From Nitrospirota bacterium (GTDB lineage Bacteria; Nitrospirota; UBA9217): DNA of 64,000 nt. Numbering within the stretch: the stretch's first letter is position 1; the number at the start of each line of letters is the position of its first letter. A program made the position numbers and the translations under genes. Location of the stretch: contig CAWFSF010000006.1 of assembly GCA_963818475.1 (NCBI GenBank), forward strand, positions 1,952,001-2,016,000. Direction: 5' to 3'. The notes below the pieces were generated by a model. That model saw only the letters and a program-made list of their open reading frames with translations. It ran no database searches and was not told the origin of the DNA. Of the stretch, positions 43,454 through 56,732 are shown piece after piece.

Positions 43454-43482
43454 ATTATAGTGAACACTTGTTCACTTGTCAA
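43454..43482 (-). promoter_or_regulatory. dinB-lexA promoter with SOS box
   Basis: TTGACA (43482-43477), 17 bp, TATAAT (43459-43454); the spacer is the palindrome AGTGAAC-ACTT-GTTCACT (GAAC-N4-GTTC). Confidence 0.88.
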
Positions 43483-43738
43483 GAACGTTTTTCCATTCCG
43501 GCATATCCGGTCATCCCGTGTCTTTGCCATTTGGCAAACAGACCCTTCATCTAAATGGAACAACGGCAGCCATTGAGCTCTGAACATTTGGAGCACTACC
43601 GAAAACAGGTACGCTAAACTCCGATACCATCTGAATTATGGGGGCGATTCATTGACAAGTAGTGATCACTTTGATAAAGTCTAGCAACCATCCTCATTCT
43701 TTTTACTACCTGCTGTTCGACCCACGAGGCCCCTATTC

Positions 43739-45673
43739 ATGAAACAGATGAACTCTGACAATATGCTCACCAGGCAGAGCGAGAAAATCCTCCAGACCAT
43801 CATTGAGACGGAGCCGGACTGCATCAAGCTGCTTGACCAGGACGGCAAGCTCCTGATGATGAACCGTGCGGGTCTGTCAATGATCGAGGCCGAGTCCTTC
43901 GACATAGTGCGGGGAAGGCCTGTCGCCCCCTTGGTCGCCCCCGAATACCGGGATGCTTTCATGAACATTATTGCGGAGGCCTTCCAGGGACGGCCGGGCT
44001 TTCTTGAATTTGAGATCGTCGGGATCAAAGGCCGCCGGCTCTGGCTGGAGACCCGTGCCGTTCCTCTGCGCAATGACCGCAACGAAATAACCGCCATGCT
44101 CGGGGTGACCCGGGACATCACCGAACGAAAAAAAGCGGGACAGGCGCTGATCGACAGCGAGAAACGCTTCAAACGGCTCGTTGAATCGGTCACCGACTAC
44201 ATCTATACCGTAAAGGTCGAGAACGGCCGCGTCGTTGAAACCGTCCATGGCCCGGGCTGCGTAGCCGTGACCGGCTATTCCCCGGAAGAATACCACGCCG
44301 ACCCTTACCTGTGGTACCGCATGATCTTCGAAGAGGACCGTGACGCCATCCTGAAGAAGACGAACGACATCCTCTCCGGCTCTCCCGTGACACCCTTCGA
44401 ACACCGGATCATACATAAGAACGGAACGATCCGGTGGGTGAAGAACACGCCCGTACCGCGGTTCGATACCGAGGGGCGGCTGGTCGACTACGACGGTTTG
44501 ATCACCGACATTACTCCCCTGAAACACCTTGAAGCACAGCTGGGCCAGGCGCAGAAAATGGAGGCCGTCGGGCAGCTGGCGGGCGGCGTTGCCCATGACT
44601 TCAACAATATCCTCACCGCCATCATCGGCTACGGCAACCTCAGCCTGATGAAGCTGCCTGCCGGCGATGCCGTACGCCCCTTTGTTTCACAGATCCTCGC
44701 CTCTGCGGAGCGGGCCGCCCAGCTGACGCACAGCCTGCTCGCCTTCAGCAGAAAGCAGGTCATCGATCTCAGAACCGTGGACCTCAATGCGATCGTCCAG
44801 CGGGTGAATTCGCTCCTGATCAAGCTCATTGGCGCGGATATCGAGTTCAAGACCAACCTTTGCAACGGGAACCTGACGGTCCTTGCCGACAGTGTGCAGG
44901 TGGAGCAGATCCTGATGAACCTGGTTATGAACGCCCGCGATGCCGTGCGGGACCACGGCACGATCACGATCGAAACGGGCATCTTCGAGATCGGCGAGGA
45001 ATTCATACGGACCCATGCGTACGGAGAGCCCGGCAGCTACGCCCTGCTGACCATATCGGATACGGGTGAAGGCATGGACGAAGCGACCCGTCGCAGGATC
45101 TTCGAACCCTTTTTCACGACCAAGGAGGTCGGGAAGGGCACGGGCCTGGGACTGTCGATGGTGTACGGGATCATCAAACAGCACAAAGGCTACATCACGG
45201 TCTCCAGCGAACCGGGGAAAGGCACCATCTTCAGCATCTACCTGCCGCTTGTCGCCGGCGGCGCACTGGAAGCGGAAAAGAAGGCGCCGGCAGGCGAGCC
45301 GCGGGGCGGAGAAACGGTGCTGCTTGCAGAGGACGACCGCGAGGTCCGCAACCTCACGAAGATGGTGCTCGAGAACTTCGGCTACCGGGTGATCGAAGCG
45401 GTGGACGGAGAGGACGCGGTGAAGAAATTCAACGAGCAGAGCACCGCCATAGACCTGCTTGTCTTTGACATCATCATGCCGAAAAAGAACGGCAAGGATG
45501 CATACCTGGCGATCAAGCAAACACGACCTGATATAAAAGTGCTGTTCACCAGCGGCTACACGGAGGACATCATCCACAAAAAGGGGATCCTCGATCCCGA
45601 CATGGTTTTCATCCTGAAGCCGATTTCACCAACGATGTTACTGAAAAAAGTACGGGAAGTGCTGGACAAATGA
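43739..45673 (+). CDS. PAS-PAS hybrid histidine kinase-response regulator
   Basis: PAS/PAC twice, [43 protein letters not shown]. Confidence 0.93.
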   Translation: MKQMNSDNMLTRQSEKILQTIIETEPDCIKLLDQDGKLLMMNRAGLSMIEAESFDIVRGRPVAPLVAPEYRDAFMNIIAEAFQGRPGFLEFEIVGIKGRRLWLETRAVPLRNDRNEITAMLGVTRDITERKKAGQALIDSEKRFKRLVESVTDYIYTVKVENGRVVETVHGPGCVAVTGYSPEEYHADPYLWYRMIFEEDRDAILKKTNDILSGSPVTPFEHRIIHKNGTIRWVKNTPVPRFDTEGRLVDYDGLITDITPLKHLEAQLGQAQKMEAVGQLAGGVAHDFNNILTAIIGYGNLSLMKLPAGDAVRPFVSQILASAERAAQLTHSLLAFSRKQVIDLRTVDLNAIVQRVNSLLIKLIGADIEFKTNLCNGNLTVLADSVQVEQILMNLVMNARDAVRDHGTITIETGIFEIGEEFIRTHAYGEPGSYALLTISDTGEGMDEATRRRIFEPFFTTKEVGKGTGLGLSMVYGIIKQHKGYITVSSEPGKGTIFSIYLPLVAGGALEAEKKAPAGEPRGGETVLLAEDDREVRNLTKMVLENFGYRVIEAVDGEDAVKKFNEQSTAIDLLVFDIIMPKKNGKDAYLAIKQTRPDIKVLFTSGYTEDIIHKKGILDPDMVFILKPISPTMLLKKVREVLDK

Positions 45674-45781
45674 TTGCGGGTTGCGGATTGGAATCGGGAA
45701 ATGCGAAATCTGGTTTTGCTTTTACTAATACCTGTCCCTCTGCGCCTTAAAATCCGAAATCCGTAATCCGCAATCCGAAAT
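45673..45781. repeat. Empty heptamer inverted-repeat pair between convergent genes
   Basis: ATTGCGGGTTGCGGATTGG.. vs AATCCGAAATCCGTAATCCGCAATCCGAAAT. Confidence 0.7.
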
Positions 45782-45786
45782 AAGAA

Positions 45787-46197
45787 TCATCCTCTTCGGC
45801 TTCTCAGGTACTCTCCGAACTGCATGTCCAGCTTCAGGATATGGTCCACGATCCAGTCTACGACCACCTGGTTCGTAGTCGCCGACAGGTCGTAGGAGCT
45901 CCCGGATACGCGCGGCAGGGCCGCCTCGGCCTTCAATTCCACAAGCGCGTCCAGATACTTTTTATGCGCCTCGACCTGCTCTTCGTAGCCTGCATAGTGT
46001 GTTTCCTTCATATGTTTTTCCTCTTCCGCAAAATGGACCCGCGCGTAATCATCGAGGAATTTAAGCGTACCGTCGATCTCCGACTTGCAGCGGTGCTGCT
46101 TGATGGCGAGAACGAGATTGTCTATCCGCTTGAACAATTCCTTATGCTGGCTGTCGATGGTAGCCACACCAACGGCTAATTTGTCCGACCATTCCAT
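45787..46197 (-). CDS. Bacteriohemerythrin
   Basis: W..L.VGV..ID.QHKELF, HFAEEE, W..HILKLD. Confidence 0.9.
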   Translation of the reverse strand: MEWSDKLAVGVATIDSQHKELFKRIDNLVLAIKQHRCKSEIDGTLKFLDDYARVHFAEEEKHMKETHYAGYEEQVEAHKKYLDALVELKAEAALPRVSGSSYDLSATTNQVVVDWIVDHILKLDMQFGEYLRSRRG

Positions 46198-46384
46198 GGG
46201 GAACCTCCTAACGACAATAAAGATAATGAATAATAATGGGGTTGAGGGATAATGTCAAGAATGCTGAAAAGAGAACTTACAATGGCCGTAATTCGTACCG
46301 CACATGCACAGGGAGGCGTATAGGGGCGAGTTTCAAAGCCCGCCCGATTCATCCCTGGAATGTCGCAAGCTCTTGCATGACCGC

Positions 46385-49300
46385 TGGTTAATCCCCGCAT
46401 GTGCGGGGAACATTACTATCAGGTAAAAATTGGGGGGTCTTATGACGGTTCATCCCCGCTCGTGCGGGGAACATGAATGAGCACGAACACGGCCATCATG
46501 GCAGGCCGGTTCATCCCCGCACGTGCGGGGAACATACGTTAAAATTCGACTCCTTCCAGATCACGGCCGGTTCATCCCCGCACGTGCGGGGAACATAAAG
46601 AAAAAAGAGAATTTCTAAGGGTGAGTTTCGGTTCATCCCCGCACGTGCGGGGAACATTTGTCATCTATAGCGAGGTCAAGCCGTGTTACCGGTTCATCCC
46701 CGCACGTGCGGGGAACATGATTTTGGGGCGTGTCCGCGTTTGGCCAACTCCGGTTCATCCCCGCACGTGCGGGGAACATTCTACCAGTATCTCATCGAGC
46801 TCCCGCTTCGCCGGTTCATCCCCGCACGTGCGGGGAACATGCCGGTGAATTATGGCGATATTTTGAAACAACCGGTTCATCCCCGCACGTGCGGGGAACA
46901 TCTCTTCAAGAGACCGACCGGGTTCGGTACCGGCGGTTCATCCCCGCACGTGCGGGGAACATATCGGCACCTACGGCAAGACGCCCGGCAGTGTACGGTT
47001 CATCCCCGCACGTGCGGGGAACATGCCGAAGAAGTGGACCTCGGACCGTCTACGCCGGTTCATCCCCGCACGTGCGGGGAACATTCTGTCCCGAAGGCGA
47101 AGGTGATGATACCCTGCGGTTCATCCCCGCACGTGCGGGGAACATGGTCGGAAAAGCCAAGCAGGCTCGGCCGCGGTTCATCCCCGCACGTGCGGGGAAC
47201 ATATTCGGCCCAATCGTCGCACCTTCATGACGGTTCATCCCCGCACGTGCGGGGAACATCGAGTCAGCCTTATCACACGATACACGATCCGGTTCATCCC
47301 CGCACGTGCGGGGAACATAGCTCGGCGGGGTCGACTTCGACGATTCCCGTGCGGTTCATCCCCGCACGTGCGGGGAACATCTGCTTCGCTTTCAGTTCCA
47401 CGTTGAATGCAGCCGGTTCATCCCCGCACGTGCGGGGAACATGTATCGATACGGATAAGCATCCTCTTCACCGTCGGTTCATCCCCGCACGTGCGGGGAA
47501 CATGATATAAAAGCCTATAAGAATTCCTGCAAGTCGTCGGTTCATCCCCGCACGTGCGGGGAACATGCTGTCGAGCATCCACGATCAACTGCGCAGCACA
47601 CGGTTCATCCCCGCACGTGCGGGGAACATGCACGCTTCTCCTGCAGCATCGTCGTACCTGCCGGTTCATCCCCGCACGTGCGGGGAACATGTACCCATGC
47701 AAACATCGGTACCTGCCCTACGGTTCATCCCCGCACGTGCGGGGAACATGCGATGTACAGCAATTATCTTTGTTCTCTTTATCGGTTCATCCCCGCACGT
47801 GCGGGGAACATCGATTTGACATAATATACACAAGCGTCCAATGCGGTTCATCCCCGCACGTGCGGGGAACATGCGATATACGTCAGGGCAGCGCGACGCC
47901 TATCGGTTCATCCCCGCACGTGCGGGGAACAGTAGCGGTCACTCAATACCGTGCTCGCAGCTCGCCGGTTCATCCCCGCACGTGCGGGGAACATGCTATC
48001 CAGCCGGACGCTTCAGTACGGCCGCCGGTTCATCCCCGCACGTGCGGGGAACATCGAGCGATCGTCACCGAATCAGCGCACGGCAAGCGGTTCATCCCCG
48101 CACGTGCGGGGAACATGCCGATCATGGCCGCCTCGATCGTTGCACCGAGGCCGGTTCATCCCCGCACGTGCGGGGAACATGACCATCGTGGCGTCACAGG
48201 TCCAACGAATCGGTTCATCCCCGCACGTGCGGGGAACATCGGATATCCGGACAGAACGGTCCAACGTACAGCGGTTCATCCCCGCACGTGCGGGGAACAT
48301 GTAAGCTGTTCGGATCTAACGCCGCGTCCGTCCGGTTCATCCCCGCACGTGCGGGGAACATGCCTCCGCGTGGTCCGCTCTTCGGTCGATCCGGTTCATC
48401 CCCGCACGTGCGGGGAACATGGCACGGCATCGAGGATCGCCGGTGCCCGGACGGTTCATCCCCGCACGTGCGGGGAACATTTTATCGCTTGTAGTAATCC
48501 AGATGACATCTCGGTTCATCCCCGCACGTGCGGGGAACATTGCACAGGCAACAGCACGGCAATGGTCGCATGCGGTTCATCCCCGCACGTGCGGGGAACA
48601 TTATGCCGCTAAACCGCTCGACACCGTATTCCGGTTCATCCCCGCACGTGCGGGGAACATATCCAGCTCCGAGGACGATCGTGGCCGCGAGATCGGTTCA
48701 TCCCCGCACGTGCGGGGAACATGACTGTGGCATGTACGAGTGATCCTGCAGCGGCGGTTCATCCCCGCACGTGCGGGGAACATTCAATTTCCGTGCTGTC
48801 AGCAACCACAAGGCCGGTTCATCCCCGCACGTGCGGGGAACATTTCGGAGTGGCGCATGGCGTCGGTTCGCACCGGTTCATCCCCGCACATGCGGGGAAC
48901 ATTATCATTAGCGTCCTCCTTGAATATTGATCGCGGTTCATCCCCGCACATGCGGGGAACATTTCATCCGGGCGTTACTCTCCGTTCTAAAACCGGTTCA
49001 TCCCCGCACGTGCGGGGAACATTCCTGATAACGTCAGGTATCGTTACTCAATCACGGTTCATCCCCGCACGTGCGGGGAACATAACCGCGTCAGAGACTG
49101 CGACGCACGGAGCACGGTTCATCCCCGCACATGCGGGGAACATAACTCTGACACAGTCATAGCTATGTTATCAGTCGGTTCATCCCCGCACATGCGGGGA
49201 ACATTCAGCCAGATGTCGCGCGACGATCGATGCGCGGTTCATCCCCGCACACGCGGGGAACATGTGACATGGAACAACGACATCGGCGACCTCGCCGGTT

Positions 49301-50860
49301 CATCCCCGCACACGCGGGGAACATCTCGTCCAGGCCGACGCTCGACAGCGTCAATGCGGTTCATCCCCGCACACGCGGGGAACATTGACTATCGACCTGC
49401 ATGGAATCAGACTGACACCGGTTCATCCCCGCACACGCGGGGAACATGTCGGCATCGATGCTTTCGCTGATCGTAGGCAACCGGTTCATCCCCGCACATG
49501 CGGGGAACATTCGTCGAGCGCGCTAATCAGGTCGCATACGGCTCGGTTCATCCCCGCACGTGCGGGGAACACGAGACTTAGCTTTACGTGACAGCTGACA
49601 TCGGTTCATCCCCGCACGTGCGGGGAACATGGCGCGATAGCGGATCCCGCTGTCACGGCCGTCGGTTCATCCCCGCACGTGCGGGGAACATATGGACGTG
49701 GCGTCCGGCGATTCATCGTTTCCGGTTCATCCCCGCACGTGCGGGGAACATTTGATTCGAGACATGCAGGCACGATGACCATCGGTTCATCCCCGCACGT
49801 GCGGGGAACATGGTTGTTATCTCGTAAAGATGGCGCGACGTATCGGTTCATCCCCGCACGTGCGGGGAACATTACATTGTCTGTTTCAATCGAGCTCGAA
49901 CACCGGTTCATCCCCGCACGTGCGGGGAACATCTCCACGATCGGGGGTCACGCTGCCTGCACCCCGGTTCATCCCCGCACGTGCGGGGAACATACATCAG
50001 AGCACACACCGACAGACGCAGCAACTCGGTTCATCCCCGCACGTGCGGGGAACATTCATGATACATGAGCGGTCAAACGACAAGGACGGCGGTTCATCCC
50101 CGCACGTGCGGGGAACATACTAACGAGACTAGCTGGCAATCAGACCTACGACCGGTTCATCCCCGCACGTGCGGGGAACATTTCTCGCAGGCCCGGATCA
50201 GCTGCAGCTCGTCCGGTTCATCCCCGCACGTGCGGGGAACATCTGTCCGTGCACGCTGCCGCGATGTCTCGATAGCGGTTCATCCCCGCACGTGCGGGGA
50301 ACATATCGACCTTGCCATATTGGCACCGGTCCATGCTTCGGTTCATCCCCGCACGTGCGGGGAACATGCATCGATGGCCGTCGTGGTTTCCCAGGAACAG
50401 CGGTTCATCCCCGCACGTGCGGGGAACATTCCGCAGGCGCGAGGCCGATATTGCCGATGCTGCGGTTCATCCCCGCACGTGCGGGGAACATTGCGTAACA
50501 GACCTACTACAGGAGCTTGTCTATCGGTTCATCCCCGCACGTGCGGGGAACATGCTAGCGTCATGTATCCGAGCGTCAGGACATGACCGGTTCATCCCCG
50601 CACGTGCGGGGAACATTCGATCATTGGCTCGAGAACCTGGCAGCGACGGCGGTTCATCCCCGCACGTGCGGGGAACATGCGTTGCCGATGCATCGAGGCG
50701 CGGATGAGATCGGTTCATCCCCGCACGTGCGGGGAACATATCCGGTTCTCGATCGTGGACAGCTCCGATCATCGGTTCATCCCCGCACGTGCGGGGAACA
50801 TGCGGATGCACGTCCTGGATCGGCAGAAGGCCGGTTCATCCCCGCACGTGCGGGGAACAT
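46385..50860 (-). CRISPR. Type I-E CRISPR array, about 74 repeats / 73 spacers (manual count)
   Basis: 29-nt repeat ATGTTCCCCGCACGTGCGGGGATGAACCG (minus strand); exact 61-bp period at the trailer end; degenerate terminal repeat at 46385; leader adjacent to cas2. Confidence 0.98.
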
Positions 50861-50943
50861 ACTTCCTCTACTTCCGCGAAATCATAGATCAATTTCGCGG
50901 GCCAAAAATCTACCGAGCAAAATACTGAATAAACCAGTTATGC
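50861..50943 (-). promoter_or_regulatory. CRISPR leader
   Basis: AT-richer segment between the cas2 stop and the first repeat; GGTAGATTTTT motif; internal inverted repeat at 50874-50900. Confidence 0.7.
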
Positions 50944-52161
<1,218 letters not shown>

Positions 52162-52172
52162 GGTTACCTCCT

Positions 52173-52850
52173 TTACACTATCGGCACTACCGACAGGAGC
52201 CCAAGTCCCATGGCCTTGCCGTGGCCGATGCCGGCTTGCAGCAGCATTTCTGAAACTGTCCGGTTCGGTAACTAATGAGAATCCCGTCGTACAGCACCGA
52301 AAAAATCCGGATAGCATTACCGGAATGTTGGTTGCCTCGGAGCATCTGTTCCTGAGAAATCCTGACATCGACCCGCTTCCGCGAGGTTTCTGGAAGGTAG
52401 AAGGATGCCAGTTGCGGCAGACGAAAAACCGTGCAACTTCCCTTTGCGCTCAATCCATTTTTCTTGCTCCTCCAGCCGCAGTAATCCCAGACGTTTGCCG
52501 TTGCGGGTCACGCAAGGGTTAGCACGCAGCCTGAAACGAAAATGTTGCCCGACTTTAAGTGAATCGAGTTTGAGCCGATCCTTCAGATCGATGCCGGGAT
52601 CGGCCTTGGCCAACCACCCCTTCACGCCGATTCCGGTCCAATCAGGGATCGTCAGGCTTTGCACAAGAATGCGCGGGTAGCCGGCAGGATCCGTCTCCGG
52701 CTCACACCTCCACAAAAATTCACCTTCAGTGCATTTTTTGTCCGGCACGCTGAACGCCCGACAAAGAGTGGAATGAAGCTGGTAGGGGTCGGAGAGGTCC
52801 CGTCGAACCTCCCGGCAACGTGGATCAAGATGGATTCTATGCAGGAACAT
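52173..52850 (-). CDS. cas6e: Cas6e/Cse3 (frameshifted)
   Basis: DPYQLHSTL, ILVQS..PDW, FRFRLRANP, C-terminal GIGHGKAMGLGLLS. Confidence 0.92.
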
Positions 52851-53535
52851 GGGTAACCTCCTGAGAGAAGGGGATCCACTCCGAACGCACGAACCGCGCC
52901 CCGAAGCGGCGTTCGGAAAACGATGACAGCGGCTGGTCCATCTTGAGTACACCAGCCTCGTCCTCGGACTCAAACGAGACCAAAAGCTTCTCGGGGAGTT
53001 TTTCCCATTTCCGCGGTGAGGCGATCCACGGCCACTGTTCCAAAACCTTCCGTAACGGAGCATCCTGAAGTCCGTCCTTCATCCAGATAGACTCGGAAGG
53101 CACATAGGATTTGCGCCCCAAGGCCAGCGGCCAAACGGGATCGCGCAAGGCAGCGTGAGCCTTTTCCAGAAGCTTGCGGTCATCTCCTTCAAACGCCACC
53201 AGAAAAGCAGCATCGGCAAGATAGAAGCGTTGAGAGACAACGCCCCCATCTCTGGCCGGCTTTCCATCGGCCTTGATGATGGTATCGGTTGCAGCACATC
53301 CCGCTGTCTGGTAGTCCCGCTTGGGGATCCCAGGCCGGTCGTGACGAACCCCCATGGAGAGCCGTGTAAGCGGTTCCAGATCTGTCCAGTTCTCGCGGTC
53401 GATCCCCAGGGCGGCGGCCAAGAGTCCGACAACGCCGGACTTGGACGGCTCCTTCCCGGTATCGCGTTCGTCAAAGCGACTGGTGGTTCCCCACGACTGC
53501 ATGGGTCCCACCAAGCGAAGCAACAAGGTTGGCAT
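52837..53535 (-). CDS. cas5: Cas5e
   Basis: LLLRLVGPMQSWG..RF..RDT..PSKSGVVGLLAAALG, YLADA, LGRKS. Confidence 0.95.
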   Translation of the reverse strand: MPTLLLRLVGPMQSWGTTSRFDERDTGKEPSKSGVVGLLAAALGIDRENWTDLEPLTRLSMGVRHDRPGIPKRDYQTAGCAATDTIIKADGKPARDGGVVSQRFYLADAAFLVAFEGDDRKLLEKAHAALRDPVWPLALGRKSYVPSESIWMKDGLQDAPLRKVLEQWPWIASPRKWEKLPEKLLVSFESEDEAGVLKMDQPLSSFSERRFGARFVRSEWIPFSQEVTHVPA

Positions 53536-53539
53536 GGGG

Positions 53540-54700
53540 TCACTCCTGTATGGCCGAAAGGGCCTTGTCGAGGATATCCTTCAGCGCCGGCACGACTGTT
53601 CCGAAACCATCCAACTTGGCCTCAACGAGATTGAGAACGAAGGTCTTCCCCTCACCGCCAAAGGCAGCCTGCAGTGCTTTAGCCTTCTTTGCAAGTTCCT
53701 CTGCCGACTTTCTGGTCAGCGACTCATCCTTTTTAACGCGGACGGCAGTCTCAAAGGCATTGGCCAGGTTGCGGGGTGCGGTATTACGGCGCACCGAAAC
53801 GGCCACGAATTCCGGTGGATTGTGGGCCGCGAAGGTGTTTTGCTTGCCGGTGGGTTCAGCCACCACGAAGCCCTCCAGGAAGGCTCGCAGACCCTTGGCT
53901 GCCAGTTCCTTGTCACCCTGGAGGTTATCCACAAGCTTATCCCAGTCCACCACGGCGTAGCGGTAGAAACAGGCCGAATTGAACTCGACAGTTCCCATCA
54001 TGTCGGCACCGGCGGTGTCCTCGGGTTTGAGGTCATCCACGGCCGTGTAGAAGTCGAATTCACGCTCGACAGCATGGGTCGAAATGGCGTGCGCAACCTG
54101 GCAGGCGGCATCCTGGTTCTTTTCGGGCATATCGGCGAGCATTCGCCCGAACAGTGCAACATCCACGGCCTTTCCGCCGTTAAAAACTTTTTCAAGTGCT
54201 TTCTTTAATTCGGGATCAGCACTCTGAGCGGCCTGCTTCTTGGCCTTGCCGGGTTTTTTCCCCTCGGTCGGGGCCTTCGCGAAGGCGGTGACTGAGTCCC
54301 ACTTTTCGGAGATAATTCTGGCGATTTCGGAAATTTCGCGTTTCCCCAGAAACAGAAGATACTCGCTTTTTCCATCCTCTTTCACCGAAAGTTCCATGGC
54401 GGCCAATGTCAAGCGAGCTTTTTCTTCTGCTTCAGCTTCGTCATGTCCCTGAGCGACCAAGGACTTGGTGAGGGCCTCCAGAACGCGTTTGGTGCGCACG
54501 GCTACATCATCCGTCGCCAAAACTTTTTGTTCAACCAAACTCGCGAAATGCCGCCGTATCGAACGCTTGAGGCACTGGCTGGACACGCGGGCGCGGCGGG
54601 TGCCACCAAAAAAGGCATCTTTGGGAGCACCGGTGTCATCTCTGTTCAGGTTGGACGGGGCGAAGTTCTGCAAAGCGTGAACCTCGACAATCGTTTTCAT
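53540..54700 (-). CDS. cas7: Cas7/Cse4
   Basis: [53 protein letters not shown]. Confidence 0.96.
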   Translation of the reverse strand: MKTIVEVHALQNFAPSNLNRDDTGAPKDAFFGGTRRARVSSQCLKRSIRRHFASLVEQKVLATDDVAVRTKRVLEALTKSLVAQGHDEAEAEEKARLTLAAMELSVKEDGKSEYLLFLGKREISEIARIISEKWDSVTAFAKAPTEGKKPGKAKKQAAQSADPELKKALEKVFNGGKAVDVALFGRMLADMPEKNQDAACQVAHAISTHAVEREFDFYTAVDDLKPEDTAGADMMGTVEFNSACFYRYAVVDWDKLVDNLQGDKELAAKGLRAFLEGFVVAEPTGKQNTFAAHNPPEFVAVSVRRNTAPRNLANAFETAVRVKKDESLTRKSAEELAKKAKALQAAFGGEGKTFVLNLVEAKLDGFGTVVPALKDILDKALSAIQE

Positions 54701-55215
54701 TCGTTGATCTCCTTATCGGTGTGCTGTTCGGTAGCTGTTTCGTAATTCAGGTTCCGGTAAAAGTCGCGGGCCCAGGCGTTCTGGGTACGCTTCTGATCGT
54801 CGCTCCAGTACAGAAGCCCCTTTAGCAAGGAGCCAAAATCAATGGCTTGCTCTTTGAGAAGGGCGATCATCTGGCGCAGACGGTGTGGCAGTTGGTCGGA
54901 ATCGGCATCCAGCAGGCTGATGAAGCGGCGTTCGGTGCTCGTGGATCCGCTTGCCTTTTGGTAGGCCGCACACGCCTTCCCGAGAGACATCGGTTGCCTT
55001 CCTTGGCTTTCGCGCCAGTGTGCGGCCCAGAGGCCAGCTACCAGATAGAACATCTCCCGCCGGAAGGAATTATCCTCATCCTTAACGAAGGGTTCGACGT
55101 AGGGATAGGCTGGTGCGAATTTTCCGGGGTCGAAAGAGAGGCTTCGGCGCAGCACCGCCCGCACCCTGGTGTCTTTTTCATTCAGGCCCTCCAGCCATTC
55201 TATGAATCCGTTCAT
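54697..55215 (-). CDS. cse2: Cse2/Cas11 small subunit
   Basis: [31 protein letters not shown]; lies between cse1 and cas7. Confidence 0.92.
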   Translation of the reverse strand: MNGFIEWLEGLNEKDTRVRAVLRRSLSFDPGKFAPAYPYVEPFVKDEDNSFRREMFYLVAGLWAAHWRESQGRQPMSLGKACAAYQKASGSTSTERRFISLLDADSDQLPHRLRQMIALLKEQAIDFGSLLKGLLYWSDDQKRTQNAWARDFYRNLNYETATEQHTDKEINE

Positions 55216-56732
55216 GCATCCTCCTTCTGCGGTTCCAGTTTCTGGATCTCCTCATTCAATTTCTTCAATTTGTGCAGCACAGGCCCCTCAGCTTTCACGA
55301 GAGCACGGATAGCCCAAGCATCGCCCATGGAGACAGAGGCACGGTGCAGTTTCCAGGCTTTCAGCAAGGTGTCCCTGACGGATTTCAGCCACTGGTGCCG
55401 AATATCTTCGGAATCCCGGTCGGGAGTGTATTCGCGCAGGATCTGATGAAAGCTGAATTCCAGGGTGGACCAGTACCAGGGGATCGCCGGCATCTGTTCC
55501 ATAAATCCCTTGATATCCTTGCCGTCTGGCGGTCGTTCCCCTCGACTCAGAAGATCTCGTGCAAAAGAACGGCAGGCTGACCAGAGGGATTTTTGAGCAT
55601 TCTCTGCATCGATGAGGAGTTGCCGGATCTCCGTCCGGATGAAGCGGTCTCCTGACAAAGCCTTCGGCAGAGCAAAGAGTTCCATACGCCAGTACTCGAT
55701 CTTGGCCTTGTTGTTTACCTGACCGAGAACCATCACTGATCCTGGAAATCGGCTCCGGTCCGACCTGGTCAATGCCGTCGCGTGCTCGATCACCTGAGGC
55801 GCAAGATGCGATTCGTCAGGAAGGAGAGAGTCAAAGTCTCGCCAAAAACCTCGGTTGCGGAACTTGATAGGCAGCTTTCCCCTTGTATCGTCGACCCGGT
55901 AGCCAAGCATTGGGTCGGTCTGATCCGGGGATGAGTTTCCAACTCCAGAGGCGAAAGCAAGTTTCCCGATCCGGCCTGAATCATTTGCCTCCAGACGGAT
56001 GGAGCGAATCCTCCAAGTGTAACGGTCGGCAAGCCCACTTGCTCTACGCTCCACTCCCGCTTTCAAACTCTCCACCGAATCCGGGCATCTCTCCCATAGA
56101 GGATTGTCGGCAGCAATGATTTGCCGATTCTGGGGAACCAGGGAAAGCAGAAGGGTGTCTTGGAGATTGTCCCCAAGAGGCAGGGCCATCACCGCTGTTG
56201 CAGAGGGTGCTGTACCGGTGTGCGATAGTTCGCTTTTACCGCAGCTTACCGAAAAGGTCTGAGTGGCCAGGATCCAGCGGGTTGCCGCAGCCGCGGAAAT
56301 TACGCCTGGTGCTTCGATGTCCACGTGGTCGAAGAGAACCTTGGCATTGTCGGCATTATGCTCGGCAGCAAGAACCGTCCAGGCTCTCCAGGTTTTCGGC
56401 TCAAATGTTGGAATTTGTCCAAACGGATACTTCTCATCGAACAACCAGAACCGATCCCGCCACTTTTCCAGGTAGGCTGTGATTTTTTCGACTGGAAACC
56501 CTGCCTTGAACAAAGCCTTGGCTTGATCGATGTCGGTCGGTCCTTCCAGGGCGCGGTACAGGACTGCAAGCAGAAAGCGATGCAGGGCCGCCACTACCAG
56601 CGGCGACGGATCCTCAATTGCGGCAATTTCCTCAGATCGCAGCAGGGTCTCGCGGATGCCCAGTTCGCCGCGGACTCCGTCAGGGAATCGCACCGGAATC
56701 CATTTCTCGTCAATCAGGTTGAATCGGCTCAT
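55212..56732 (-). CDS. cas8e: Cse1/Cas8e large subunit
   Basis: FNLIDEKWIPV, ALHRFLLAVLYRA, RF.LFD..PF.Q, LFDH. Confidence 0.93.
   Translation of the reverse strand: MSRFNLIDEKWIPVRFPDGVRGELGIRETLLRSEEIAAIEDPSPLVVAALHRFLLAVLYRALEGPTDIDQAKALFKAGFPVEKITAYLEKWRDRFWLFDEKYPFGQIPTFEPKTWRAWTVLAAEHNADNAKVLFDHVDIEAPGVISAAAATRWILATQTFSVSCGKSELSHTGTAPSATAVMALPLGDNLQDTLLLSLVPQNRQIIAADNPLWERCPDSVESLKAGVERRASGLADRYTWRIRSIRLEANDSGRIGKLAFASGVGNSSPDQTDPMLGYRVDDTRGKLPIKFRNRGFWRDFDSLLPDESHLAPQVIEHATALTRSDRSRFPGSVMVLGQVNNKAKIEYWRMELFALPKALSGDRFIRTEIRQLLIDAENAQKSLWSACRSFARDLLSRGERPPDGKDIKGFMEQMPAIPWYWSTLEFSFHQILREYTPDRDSEDIRHQWLKSVRDTLLKAWKLHRASVSMGDAWAIRALVKAEGPVLHKLKKLNEEIQKLEPQKEDA

Noticed and set aside
30160-45673. 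Recent duplication among the three hybrid kinases
   Set aside because: Similarity is limited to conserved HisKA/HATPase/REC motifs with divergent codons, which is ordinary paralogy.
46960-50830. Variable spacer length (about 28-35 nt) as a novel acquisition mode linked to the DEDDh nuclease
   Set aside because: Trailer-end units have an exact 61-bp period, and indel noise is evident in neighbouring cas genes; most likely sequencing error unless reads show otherwise.
46385-50860. Self-targeting or duplicated spacers
   Set aside because: None spotted by eye; an alignment is needed, so no claim is made.
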